A stretch of 64,000 nt of DNA. Source: Candidatus Daviesbacteria bacterium. Lineage in GTDB: Bacteria > Patescibacteriota > Microgenomatia > Daviesbacterales > UBA10151. This document shows, one piece after another, positions 19,813 to 29,289 of this stretch; position 1 is the stretch's first letter; each line of letters starts with the position of its first letter. The translations under genes and the position numbers were made by a program. Where the stretch lies: NCBI GenBank assembly GCA_028687915.1, contig JAQTZF010000001.1, positions 1,966-65,965 of the forward strand, read 5' to 3'. Under the pieces are notes generated by a model. The model made no database searches, was not told the origin of the DNA, and saw only the letters and a list, made by a program, of their open reading frames with translations.

Positions 19813-20835
19813 ATGAAAAAAGGCTTAAAGATTATTCTTCCGCTCTTATTTGTTGTAATAATTGGATCCTTGTTTTTTATAAAAAACAGTAATACAAATA
19901 CCCTTTCTGCTCAAAAACCCCCTGAGACAGTCAAACCAAAGATTACCCTTGTCTATTCACTCCGGGTTAACCAATTACCAGTAGCCATTGCTTTTGAAAA
20001 AGGATTATTTGATAAATATAATCTTCAGGTAGAAACCACTCAAGTCATTACTAATTCAGTTTCTGTTCTAAGTTCCGGTAAAGCAGATGTTTCCCTTGGT
20101 TCACCCAATATATCCTTAACATCTGTAACCCAGGGATCAGAGTTATCATGGATAGGTAATGTTAATAACGATCAGGGAACTGTTTTAGTATCCACTAAAA
20201 CTCCTGCAAACATTAAAACTGTGGGAGTAATCAGTGGCCCGTCAAAAGTACAAACAATTGGTCTGCTTGACCTTATCAAGGTTAATACTGAAAATTTAAT
20301 TTACCAAAACTTTAGTGATGGAAAAACAAAATTAACTGCCTTAAAAGAAAAACAAGTTGACGCAATTCATATCGCCAAACCAGATTGGCTTATTTTTAAA
20401 GAAAAAGCAGGATTATCAGATGAGTATAAAGTATTGCTGGATTCTGCAAGTTATAAAGAAGCGCAAATGCCTGTTTCTATTATTGTTAGAAATGAGTTTC
20501 TAAAAAATAATCCTCAAATAGTAGAAAATTTTACCAAAGCATTAATTGAAGCAGATTACTGGATTAAAAATAACAAAGAAGAATTTATTAGTATTTTACA
20601 AAAACGTTACGCTGATGTACCACCCGAAGATATAAAAATTGAAGCTGAATTATACTTTGCCAATATTCAAAATTTAGAATTTAGCCCCACACAAGAAAAA
20701 GGCAAAGAAATGCTTAAGCTAGTAACAGCAGCTAACCCAAAAGCCAAAGATTACGATATAAATAACTTTATAAATACAGGTATTGCTGATTCGTTAAAAA
20801 GTTCAGGTTTCTTAGATCAATATAATTTAAATTAA
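19813..20835 (+). CDS. ABC substrate-binding protein 2 (SsuA/NMT1-like)
   Basis: 'PVAIAFEKGLFDKYNL', 'LSSGKADV', 'NPQIVENFTKALIEA'; shares 34 identical bp with protein 1 (19256-19289 = 20324-20357). Confidence 0.87.
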   Translation: MKKGLKIILPLLFVVIIGSLFFIKNSNTNTLSAQKPPETVKPKITLVYSLRVNQLPVAIAFEKGLFDKYNLQVETTQVITNSVSVLSSGKADVSLGSPNISLTSVTQGSELSWIGNVNNDQGTVLVSTKTPANIKTVGVISGPSKVQTIGLLDLIKVNTENLIYQNFSDGKTKLTALKEKQVDAIHIAKPDWLIFKEKAGLSDEYKVLLDSASYKEAQMPVSIIVRNEFLKNNPQIVENFTKALIEADYWIKNNKEEFISILQKRYADVPPEDIKIEAELYFANIQNLEFSPTQEKGKEMLKLVTAANPKAKDYDINNFINTGIADSLKSSGFLDQYNLN

Positions 20836-20841
20836 TAAATC

Positions 20842-21879
20842 ATGAATAACAAAAAAATATTATTATCTATAGTGGTATTACTTATCCTTGGCCTTAGCGC
20901 TTTCTTTTTCTTTATTAACTTTAATAAAACTCCAAGCCCTGTAAATACAAAGCCAGCTCCCTCTAGGATAAGCGTTGCCTATATTAGTTTTAATAAAATG
21001 TATGGCATCCCTTTAATAATCGCTGAAAATACTGGACTATTTAATCAATATAATCTTTTAGTGGAGACCAAAGCTACTGATAAAAGCCCGACAAAACTAC
21101 TCGTCGCAAATCAGGTAAATACAATTTTAAACACTCCTTTTGCCCCACTCACAGCAAATACTGAAGGAGCAACCCTTTCCTGGGCCGGAACAATATTTAA
21201 TGATTCGCCTATCGTCTTAGTTTCTTCCAAAGAACCTCAAAATATCAAAACTGTAAGCTACCCTGCCGGAGGAGGAGTCCTGGGTAAAACCAGAACTATT
21301 CAATTATTAAAAGCACTTAATTTGGATCCCGCTAAGATTGTTCTAAATGAAGTTAGTTCAGAACAAATAGCTATGACCACTCTGACAGAAGACAAAGTAG
21401 ATGCTGCTGCAAACATTACAAAAAGTGACTGGTTAATTTTTAAGAAAAAAAATAACTCAGAAAATAATAAATATAAACTCTTAGTCTACTCTGTTGAAAA
21501 AGAAAACCTGCAAATAAGCGGCGGCATTATCTATAGCAAGGATTTTTTAACCGATAATAAGACAACTGCTGAAAACTTTAGTAAAGCCTTAATTGAAGCT
21601 ACCGCCTGGACACGTCTGAATAAAGAGAAAGCAATTGATATATTGGCTAATAAATATTCTATTGAGAAAGACGAAGCAGAAATTTATTGGGATGAGTTTG
21701 TTGCTGTAACAAATAATGTAACTTTTGCCCCTAATTTAGACCAGGCTGAAACACTTTTACAAATCATTAAAACAACAAATCCTAAAGCAGAAACATACCA
21801 GGCAAGTTCTTTTATCTCTACTGACATAAACAACTCTTTAAAGAACAGCGGTTATTTGGAAAAATTCGGATTTAAATAG
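20842..21879 (+). CDS. ABC substrate-binding protein 3 (SsuA/NMT1-like)
   Basis: 'PLIIAENTGLFNQYNL', 'ENFSKALIEA'; colinear with the two preceding paralogs. Confidence 0.85.
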   Translation: MNNKKILLSIVVLLILGLSAFFFFINFNKTPSPVNTKPAPSRISVAYISFNKMYGIPLIIAENTGLFNQYNLLVETKATDKSPTKLLVANQVNTILNTPFAPLTANTEGATLSWAGTIFNDSPIVLVSSKEPQNIKTVSYPAGGGVLGKTRTIQLLKALNLDPAKIVLNEVSSEQIAMTTLTEDKVDAAANITKSDWLIFKKKNNSENNKYKLLVYSVEKENLQISGGIIYSKDFLTDNKTTAENFSKALIEATAWTRLNKEKAIDILANKYSIEKDEAEIYWDEFVAVTNNVTFAPNLDQAETLLQIIKTTNPKAETYQASSFISTDINNSLKNSGYLEKFGFK

Positions 21880-23149
21880 TTTCAACAAAAATCGATTTCT
21901 GCTTGGGAGAAATCTGAAAGCCATCTACAAATTCTATTTTTAAAGCAGAAAACATTTTCTCTTCTACCAATTGAGAAAATGTTTTACCAGACAAAAAATG
22001 AATATTATCACTAACTAGTTTTTCCAGATCTGACTTAATATTTTTATTAAAATTATCTTTAACAATAAGCTGTAACTTAAATTTAGGAAGAGATTTATCC
22101 TTAATGGAATTTGTTATAAATAATTTCCAGGCAGCAGCGCTTAAGTATTTACCAAGAGGATATATAGCTTTATCTATTTGCTCTCTGTAGATTAGATTAC
22201 CTTTTACTCTAACATTATCCATTCCAATCCTGCCATAAATCTTCATCTTCATACTCCTTCCACATTCACATTCTTCTTGATAAACTTTTGCCATATCCCC
22301 TGTTTTATATCTAATAATAGGAAACTCTGTCTTAGTATAAAGACTTGTAAGAACTAATTCACTTTCCTCTTCCGGATTATTTACTTCAAAATAGGTATAT
22401 TGTGTTAACGGATGAACTATATTCTCTGGTGGCTTATTATTATAGAAATCACAAACATAACTCGTTGCCCTGGACTCTGTTAAATTATAGGCAAATCTAA
22501 AATAAGCGTTCTTAAATGTCTTTTTAAAATAATCAAACCTTAAAGGTGAGCAAGGCTCTCCACCAACGCTAATATACCTAATTTGATCTAAAGCTTTTTG
22601 TTTTATCAGATGTGGGATTAGTTGCTCCAAAATAGAAGAGGTAGCAGCAAACCCTTCAATTCTTAATTCCTTAATAACTATGGCAGCGTTCTCTAGATTG
22701 TGAATACTTCCCAAATAACGAGTAATACTTTTATCCTTAAACGCAGGTCTGTTTATTGCCCAGGCAGCAGATGATACTACTACAATCATTGCTGTCTTGA
22801 TTTTTAAATCAAGAGCTTTTTGCACAGCCAATTTATCTGCCGGGTGAGGAAAACCTGCCTTCAGCATAATTAAAATCCCTTTACCTCCTGTAGTGCTGCT
22901 ACTAAACTGGGCACCTTTTATTTTTTCTTTAGGAAAATAAATCCTCTCATAAGGATCAGTCTTAATAATTTCTTCCCGCGTAAGGAATGGAAGTTTTTTA
23001 AAATCTTCCATACTATTAATATCTTTAATTAAATTTATTCCAGCCTTGGTATATTTATCTTTATAAAAAGAAGAATACGGAGAGTTCCAGACAAACTCCA
23101 AAACCCGACGAATCTTTTTAAAATCAGAACTTGTTTGAATATTTTTCAT
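21872..23149 (-). CDS. PaaK-like adenylate-forming enzyme 3
   Basis: 'SSSTTG', 'VGGEP', 'YNLTE', 'PIIRYKTGD', 'CECGR', 'GRIGMD'. Confidence 0.85.
   Translation of the reverse strand: MKNIQTSSDFKKIRRVLEFVWNSPYSSFYKDKYTKAGINLIKDINSMEDFKKLPFLTREEIIKTDPYERIYFPKEKIKGAQFSSSTTGGKGILIMLKAGFPHPADKLAVQKALDLKIKTAMIVVVSSAAWAINRPAFKDKSITRYLGSIHNLENAAIVIKELRIEGFAATSSILEQLIPHLIKQKALDQIRYISVGGEPCSPLRFDYFKKTFKNAYFRFAYNLTESRATSYVCDFYNNKPPENIVHPLTQYTYFEVNNPEEESELVLTSLYTKTEFPIIRYKTGDMAKVYQEECECGRSMKMKIYGRIGMDNVRVKGNLIYREQIDKAIYPLGKYLSAAAWKLFITNSIKDKSLPKFKLQLIVKDNFNKNIKSDLEKLVSDNIHFLSGKTFSQLVEEKMFSALKIEFVDGFQISPKQKSIFVETI
22987..23098 (-). repeat. Conserved 5' block of PaaK-like genes, copy 3
   Basis: One mismatch versus 16164-16275. 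Confidence 0.9.
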
Positions 23150-23197
23150 ACTTATGGAGGAAATATACTAAAAGATTCAACTTAACACAAGTGCTGA

Positions 23198-23473
23198 TTA
23201 AAAGAATCCACCACATCCAACAAATAAACAATCAGCTGGATTTTCAGACTTCTCAAAAACAATATTTTGGGATTTATCGCTTGATGCTTTATCTACATTT
23301 TTAGAAAAACAATTTAAGGAGTCCCCTGCACGTTGAGGTACGCTCTGTGTTGGCTGGTTAATAACAAGGTTAATTATTGGACGCCAATAATCTTCTTTAG
23401 ATATAAAAATTAATAAACTAAATATTGGTAGTATTGTAAAAAATAATATAACTTTTTTATTAATCTTTTTCAT
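23198..23473 (-). CDS. Small hypothetical membrane-anchored protein
   Basis: ATG start, N-terminal TM helix, Cys-containing C-terminus 'DCLFVGCGGFF'; fills an intergenic gap. Confidence 0.65.
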   Translation of the reverse strand: MKKINKKVILFFTILPIFSLLIFISKEDYWRPIINLVINQPTQSVPQRAGDSLNCFSKNVDKASSDKSQNIVFEKSENPADCLFVGCGGFF

Positions 23474-23525
23474 AAAACATACTAAGCACTATATTATTTT
23501 AACTGTTAATTTTCAAGTAAGGCTT

Positions 23526-26201
23526 CTATTTAATAAATTTAATTGAAGATAAAATTGTGTCCAGCTGCTTCATGTTTTTATCACCTACAGGTGTAACTTT
23601 GAGGTGTAGGATATTTTGTTTTTGAGTTAATATAAATTCCAAAGTCTGAGATCCGTTTGCTTCCACCCAAAAAGCTGCTGTAGCATCAAATCCAGGAATT
23701 TCTGCTAAGCCTTTTTTATCTAATTTACCAGAGAACTTAAGCAAACTTTTAGCTACCCAATCCTCAGATTTGCCTGTTAGTGTTCCCCCATAAAAACTAA
23801 TTACAAATTCACTATCAGGTGTTGATAAAGTAGCTACCCCATTTTTTTCAATTATTTTCCAATCCCCCGGATACTTAAAAGAGAACTTTTGAGTTTTTTG
23901 TTCGTATGATTTCCAGTCAGCACTGATTGAACCTGCCAAAGCTTGCCCAGTTATTTTTGCCAGTTCATTTTGGGCTTCCTGTTTGATCTGTGGATTGATT
24001 TCACCCAAACCAACCAAATATTGAAGCTGTTTTTTAGCCTCTTCTGTTTGTCCCCCAGCCTCATAAGCCTTGGCTAAATTTAACCTAACTTCCAAAGCAG
24101 TAGGATCAGCATCCACAGCTTCCTTAAAATATTTTATAGCAGAAATTAAGTCACCTTTGTTTGCGGCAAAGATCGCCATCCTATTAGTAACCTCCACAGA
24201 AAAAGGAGCAATAGCATAAGCTTTTAATATATAATCTTCAGCTTTCTTTAAAGCAGCTGTCTGCTCTTCTTTAGAAGGCGCACTTTGTGAAATACCAAGC
24301 AAATAATCCTCCATCGCAATATAACTCATCCCATATTCCTGTAATAACAGATGATAGGCAGCATTGTAATTTCTTTCCAAATAAAATGGTTTATGTTCAA
24401 AGAACTTGGGATCTTTAAATTTATAATTAAAAGAATCATCAGAAGGAGTTAATAAATCATCAGCTGTTAACATTCTATAAGCTAAACCACTAATCACCGG
24501 CTTTAAAATCTTGGGATCAGGTTTATATTTACCTTCATCAGTTCCAGCAAGTACTGTTTCCCTAAATACCATCGGGGTCACATAAACAGGATGTCCGTGA
24601 TCGATTAACCATTTAATATACCAATTCATTACCTCGTTATACTCTTCCAAACGATCTTTTTTAATCATATCTTCCAGCTCTGGTGGCATTAAATCAGGAC
24701 GGTGGGTGCGTAAATTATCCCTATACCAAGGCAAGATATACCACATATTTGCAACAACCGGAAAAACATCATTTTTACCCAAAACATCATATTGATAAAA
24801 AGTTAAGGAATTAAAAAAATCACCAGAGCCTATAAGAACAGCCCCCCTGGGCAAATTTGAGTATAAGTTGTCTGCATACTCCAGAGTAGTAATATGTGAA
24901 CTTCTATCCAGTTTTGGCAGCCACCAAATAAGAGGAATAAGCACAATTAAAACAAGCGCTAAAAATATAGATTTAGGATTTAGGAATTTTTGCTTTAAAC
25001 TGATTAAAATCTTTATTAATAGACTGAGACCTGTACCTATCAAAATAGTAAAGATAACATAGCTGGCAATAAACCAACTTTCCTGATTTCCAGAAAGATA
25101 TAACCCCCCAAAAATCAGGTTGGTTATAGGAACTGAGATGAGCATTAAAAATAATCTCCAGTTTTTTCTCAATAAATAATAGCCACCCATTAAAATTAAG
25201 GGCACTAATACCGGAGTGAATTGCAAAAACAAAAGGTAAAAATATCTGCCTACTGATTTAGCAAAAATTTGTGATGAACCGGTAAACCCATTTATTGAAT
25301 TTGTTCTGGGATCATTAATGTCTAATCCTTCCCCTTTCAAATGTCCCCAGAAAAGTTCTGGTGTTTGAGGGTCTCCCCAATTTAAGAGTGGGTGCTGCAG
25401 GGCTCTGATGGGCAAATAAGAGTACACCAGAGCTGTTAACCCCAGCACAATTGCCACCACTAAAATAAATCTCTTAATTCCTACTTTTTTCCAGAAAAAA
25501 GTACCTGCGATAATAAGCGCCGGTACAGCCTGTACAATTGTGGGGTTAGTGCCGGTTGAGAGTCCCAAAATAACTGCTCCTAAGATTAAACGTTTGGTGG
25601 AGATTTTACCTGATTCAGGAATCAAAATTACTAATCCCAATAAAGATATCATCATTAAATTAGTTAAGATATAGCTTTCTGTATTTAGAGATTGAGACCA
25701 AAATTGATATGAAAAAGCTAAAATTAAGGTTGAAGCCAAACTGATGGCCTGAATCATCAGAGGTGTTAACTTGAGCATATTCTTAAAATAGCCTGTGAAT
25801 AGATTTTTATCTTCCCTGCCTTCTTTTATAAGCGAAGCTTGAAAACTTCGTTTGAAAGATGAGCTTTCAAACTTGTTTACAAAGAAAAAATTATTACTGA
25901 TTAATTTAACCAGCAAAAAATAAACCCAGGTTAAAACACCAAGAGCAGCAACAATTGATAAAAGCTGCATCCTAAAAAGTACTGAACCAAATGGGATTTT
26001 AGTAAACATGTGACCAACCATCACATAAAATGGAAACCCTGGTGGATTGGGAATGCCAGGTTCAAATGCAGCCGCAATCATTGTGCCTGCATCAATATAA
26101 AGAATAGAAGGAGCTAAGGTTTTTAAATAAATTCCCCCACAAAACAACCAGATAATTAAGATAAAGGGTAAATGAGGAAATTTACGAAGCATATTTTTCA
26201 T
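23526..26201 (-). CDS. DUF2723/TMEM260-like GT-C membrane glycosyltransferase with TPR repeats and a PsbP-like C-terminal domain
   Basis: 'YLKTLAPSI...DAG', 'GIPNPPGFPFY', 'FWSQS..TESY', 'YSYLPIRA...P.LNWGDP'; TPR-like helices; 'FSFKYPGDW'. Confidence 0.82.
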   Translation of the reverse strand: MKNMLRKFPHLPFILIIWLFCGGIYLKTLAPSILYIDAGTMIAAAFEPGIPNPPGFPFYVMVGHMFTKIPFGSVLFRMQLLSIVAALGVLTWVYFLLVKLISNNFFFVNKFESSSFKRSFQASLIKEGREDKNLFTGYFKNMLKLTPLMIQAISLASTLILAFSYQFWSQSLNTESYILTNLMMISLLGLVILIPESGKISTKRLILGAVILGLSTGTNPTIVQAVPALIIAGTFFWKKVGIKRFILVVAIVLGLTALVYSYLPIRALQHPLLNWGDPQTPELFWGHLKGEGLDINDPRTNSINGFTGSSQIFAKSVGRYFYLLFLQFTPVLVPLILMGGYYLLRKNWRLFLMLISVPITNLIFGGLYLSGNQESWFIASYVIFTILIGTGLSLLIKILISLKQKFLNPKSIFLALVLIVLIPLIWWLPKLDRSSHITTLEYADNLYSNLPRGAVLIGSGDFFNSLTFYQYDVLGKNDVFPVVANMWYILPWYRDNLRTHRPDLMPPELEDMIKKDRLEEYNEVMNWYIKWLIDHGHPVYVTPMVFRETVLAGTDEGKYKPDPKILKPVISGLAYRMLTADDLLTPSDDSFNYKFKDPKFFEHKPFYLERNYNAAYHLLLQEYGMSYIAMEDYLLGISQSAPSKEEQTAALKKAEDYILKAYAIAPFSVEVTNRMAIFAANKGDLISAIKYFKEAVDADPTALEVRLNLAKAYEAGGQTEEAKKQLQYLVGLGEINPQIKQEAQNELAKITGQALAGSISADWKSYEQKTQKFSFKYPGDWKIIEKNGVATLSTPDSEFVISFYGGTLTGKSEDWVAKSLLKFSGKLDKKGLAEIPGFDATAAFWVEANGSQTLEFILTQKQNILHLKVTPVGDKNMKQLDTILSSIKFIK
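25828..25880. repeat. Palindromic repeat (ATAAGCGAAGCTTGAAAA...GCTTTCAAACTTGTTTA) inside the DUF2723 gene
   Basis: Both arms match 58010-58060; the first 14 bp match 33212-33225. Confidence 0.65.
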
Positions 26202-26324
26202 CTAAGATATCTTAGCTAAATTTGACAGAAGTAACAATATAATCAAACTATTTCAACTTATCAGCCATAGAATCATTTTGAAATAAGTAATTTCACTAAT
26301 GTGTTCTTATTATATACTTAACCA

Positions 26325-28112
26325 ATGGGAAGAAAAACAAAACTAAAAATTCTAAAACAAGAAGCCCGTAAGCAGGAACTAAAACAAATTCAAGCTCAAA
26401 AATTTGATTCTAAAAATATTTTATTAAATAAGATTTTATTTATTTTTACATTACTCTCTGTTTTACTGGCTATTTTATCTCTCGCATTGGTAGTTTTTAA
26501 ACCAGGTTTACCTTCTGGACATGACCTTATTTCCCATGCTTTCCGTTCTAAAATATTTATTGAGGCTTTAAAGACAGGACAATTCCCTGTCAGATGGGTG
26601 GATTGGAGCAACAATAATTTCAGCGGACCTTTTTTCAATTTTTATCAGGTTGGATATTATTATTTGATTTATTTTATTAATTTAATCTCTTTTTCCATTT
26701 ATGATTCAATTAAAATTTTAATTGTTGGTTCCTGGTGGCTTGGTGCCTTATTTATGTTTCTATATACACGTCGTTTTGGAACACTTCCAGCGTCTCTCTC
26801 GGCATTAATTTATGCTTTTACCCCCTATACTATTTCTGATTTTTTTGTCAGGGCATCTTATCCTGAATGCCTGGCTATTTCTTTTTGTATCGGCGTTTTG
26901 TGGGCAACTGACAGAATTCTTGTTACTGCAAAAACTTATTATGGCATTCCCCTGGCCCTTTGTGTGGCTGGTCTTATCCTGACCCACCTGCCCACCGTGG
27001 TAATAATGGTACCTGTTTTAATTGGTTACTTTTTCCTCCTTCTTTTTAATAAAGAAATAAAGCTAAAAGGGTTTTTGCCGTTTTTAGTTGCAGGATTATT
27101 GGGACTTGGTTTATCAGCCTTTTATCTACTCCCTTCTCTTTTTGAACTAAACTTAGTCAAAAGTTCATTATTAACCTCTTCTTATTATGATTTTCATCCC
27201 CACTTTGTTTATCTACAGCAATTATTTTCTACTTTTTGGGATTATGGAATATCTACTGCAGGGCCCCTGGATGGAATGTCTTTTCAGGTGGGAATTATCC
27301 AATGGATTATTATCTTTTTAGCTTTAACACTCACAATTTACTATCTTCTTTATAAGAAAAATCAAAAAAATACTTCTCATTTAATCTTTTGGTTATTAAC
27401 TTGTTTATACAGCTTCTTTTTTATTCATGAAGCCTCCTTATCTTTTTGGGAAAATATTCAAACCATTGCTTTTATTCAATATCCCTGGAGGTATTTAATG
27501 ATTATTCCAGTAGCCAGTGCTATTTTAGGCAGCTTATTGCTACAGGTATTTACAAAAACATGGCAACAATCACTCGTAATTTTTCTGGCGCTTTTTGGAG
27601 TTTTTATTTTCTATAAACCATACCTTAAACCAGCAACATTCCTCCCAACTGATTACTTTAAGTTTGAAACATCTGATTGGCAAAAAAGCGAAGCAGCAAA
27701 ATACGCAATTCTAGAAGAAGGATATGAACCAAAAACAGCAGAATTAATTCCACAGGGAAATGTTAAAAAGTGGACTATTGATACGGAACAAGCTCAAATA
27801 GAAGAAAAAGCTTTTTTAAATCACTATAAAGATTTTATTACCAAATCAAGTGAACCTGTAATATTTACATTAAATACACACTACTTTCCTGGCTGGAAAG
27901 CCTATATTGATAATATGGAAACTCCAATTGAAACAACACAATACTTTAGTTTTATGAGAATTTCTGTTCCAATAGGATTACATAGAGTAGAATTTAAATT
28001 TACTAATACACCTGTAAGATCAGCTGGAAATGCTATCTCTACCCTCTCTTTAATGTTTATGATTATTTATACAGGAGTCCTACTGTGGAAGTTAAAAAAG
28101 GAGCCAGATTAA
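26325..28112 (+). CDS. GT-C-like membrane protein (PTPS-related / YfhO-like)
   Basis: 'GHDL..H', 'GQFPVRW', 'P.FNFY', 'IYAFTPY...D.FVRAS.PE', 'GLSAFYLLP', 'IQYPWRYL', 'YFPGWKAYID'. Confidence 0.82.
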   Translation: MGRKTKLKILKQEARKQELKQIQAQKFDSKNILLNKILFIFTLLSVLLAILSLALVVFKPGLPSGHDLISHAFRSKIFIEALKTGQFPVRWVDWSNNNFSGPFFNFYQVGYYYLIYFINLISFSIYDSIKILIVGSWWLGALFMFLYTRRFGTLPASLSALIYAFTPYTISDFFVRASYPECLAISFCIGVLWATDRILVTAKTYYGIPLALCVAGLILTHLPTVVIMVPVLIGYFFLLLFNKEIKLKGFLPFLVAGLLGLGLSAFYLLPSLFELNLVKSSLLTSSYYDFHPHFVYLQQLFSTFWDYGISTAGPLDGMSFQVGIIQWIIIFLALTLTIYYLLYKKNQKNTSHLIFWLLTCLYSFFFIHEASLSFWENIQTIAFIQYPWRYLMIIPVASAILGSLLLQVFTKTWQQSLVIFLALFGVFIFYKPYLKPATFLPTDYFKFETSDWQKSEAAKYAILEEGYEPKTAELIPQGNVKKWTIDTEQAQIEEKAFLNHYKDFITKSSEPVIFTLNTHYFPGWKAYIDNMETPIETTQYFSFMRISVPIGLHRVEFKFTNTPVRSAGNAISTLSLMFMIIYTGVLLWKLKKEPD

Positions 28113-29205
28113 TTCTTCTATTTTTAGAATCTACTGAATCAACCAAAAAGTTTGTTTTTTGTCCCATTTGATAGGATTGTCCTTCCATCTTATCTGCTGG
28201 TAAAAAGCCAGGAACATCACCATCTAATTTAACATCCACTCCATTTTGACTAATATTACTTACAACTCCTGTAACAACATCATCAACCTGATATTTTTCT
28301 GTCATTTCGGTAAAAGGATCTTTAGTCATCTGTCTTAAGGATAAATTTAATCTGCCTAAATTATCATCTATGCCTGTAACCTTAGCAGATACTTCTCCAC
28401 CTGGCTTAAATTCTTTACTAAGATCAATTTCCACCCCTTCTGCTGGTGCTTCCCAAGTAGTTTCCTGTGGGTAAATAATACCTTCAACTCCATCTACATC
28501 TATAAATAATCCAAATGGTGTAACAGCTAAAATTTTTCCTGTTATTTCCTGTCCAGTTTGAAATGATGCTAATTCCTTTTTCTCTTCATCTTTTAAGATT
28601 GGGCGGGATGAGAAAACCAACTTATTATTATTAGGATCAACTTCTATCACAGATAATCGTAATTCTTTACCCACTAAATCACTTAAGTTAGTTTGGTTAT
28701 TTAGACTTTTAAGGCTGACCTGAGAACTTGGGATAAAACCTCTGATTCCATCAATTGAAACAATTAAACCACCTCTGTTAATTTCAGAAATCTCACCGGT
28801 ATAAGAATTTCCGGTTTCTTTTGCCTGAATAAATTTTTGCCATTTGGACATATCAACCTTTTTGCCACCCCTACCCCTGTTGGAAATTATCTCTTGTTTA
28901 AACATGCTAACAATAATTTGACCTGATTCATTTTCCGGGGAAACGACATATACATCTAATTTATCTCCATGTTTAAGATTTTGTTGTTTTTCTAATGTTA
29001 AATCTTTTTTGCTTAAAATTCCTTCTGCTTTAGCCTTTAAATCAAGGATAATTTCAGAATCAGTAATATTAATAACTTCACCAATAACTTGTTCTCCACG
29101 GTTAAATTGCAGTTTACGATTATCATAGGAGGACATTAATTGATCCATCACAGAAGAATTAGAAGTTGATTGTTGAGTGGTGATTTTTTTAGAATTTTTT
29201 GACAA
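28063..29205 (-). CDS. rpsA: 30S ribosomal protein S1 (four S1 domains)
   Basis: S1 repeats 'NRGGLIVSIDGIRGFIPSSQ', 'TPFGLFIDVDGVEGII', 'LSLRQMTKDPF'; TTG start. Confidence 0.9.
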   Translation of the reverse strand: MSKNSKKITTQQSTSNSSVMDQLMSSYDNRKLQFNRGEQVIGEVINITDSEIILDLKAKAEGILSKKDLTLEKQQNLKHGDKLDVYVVSPENESGQIIVSMFKQEIISNRGRGGKKVDMSKWQKFIQAKETGNSYTGEISEINRGGLIVSIDGIRGFIPSSQVSLKSLNNQTNLSDLVGKELRLSVIEVDPNNNKLVFSSRPILKDEEKKELASFQTGQEITGKILAVTPFGLFIDVDGVEGIIYPQETTWEAPAEGVEIDLSKEFKPGGEVSAKVTGIDDNLGRLNLSLRQMTKDPFTEMTEKYQVDDVVTGVVSNISQNGVDVKLDGDVPGFLPADKMEGQSYQMGQKTNFLVDSVDSKNRRINLAPFLTSTVGLLYK

Positions 29206-29289
29206 ACATTTATACCTGGCTTTCTTTAAAGGTGGAAAGATTGTAGCAGTTTTCAGTTAAATTCTCAAGACTGAAATAAAAAACAAGGA

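Noticed and set aside
15028-23149. Phenylacetate catabolism (paaK)
   Set aside because: Only family-level motifs are present and no other paa genes are nearby; substrate unknown.
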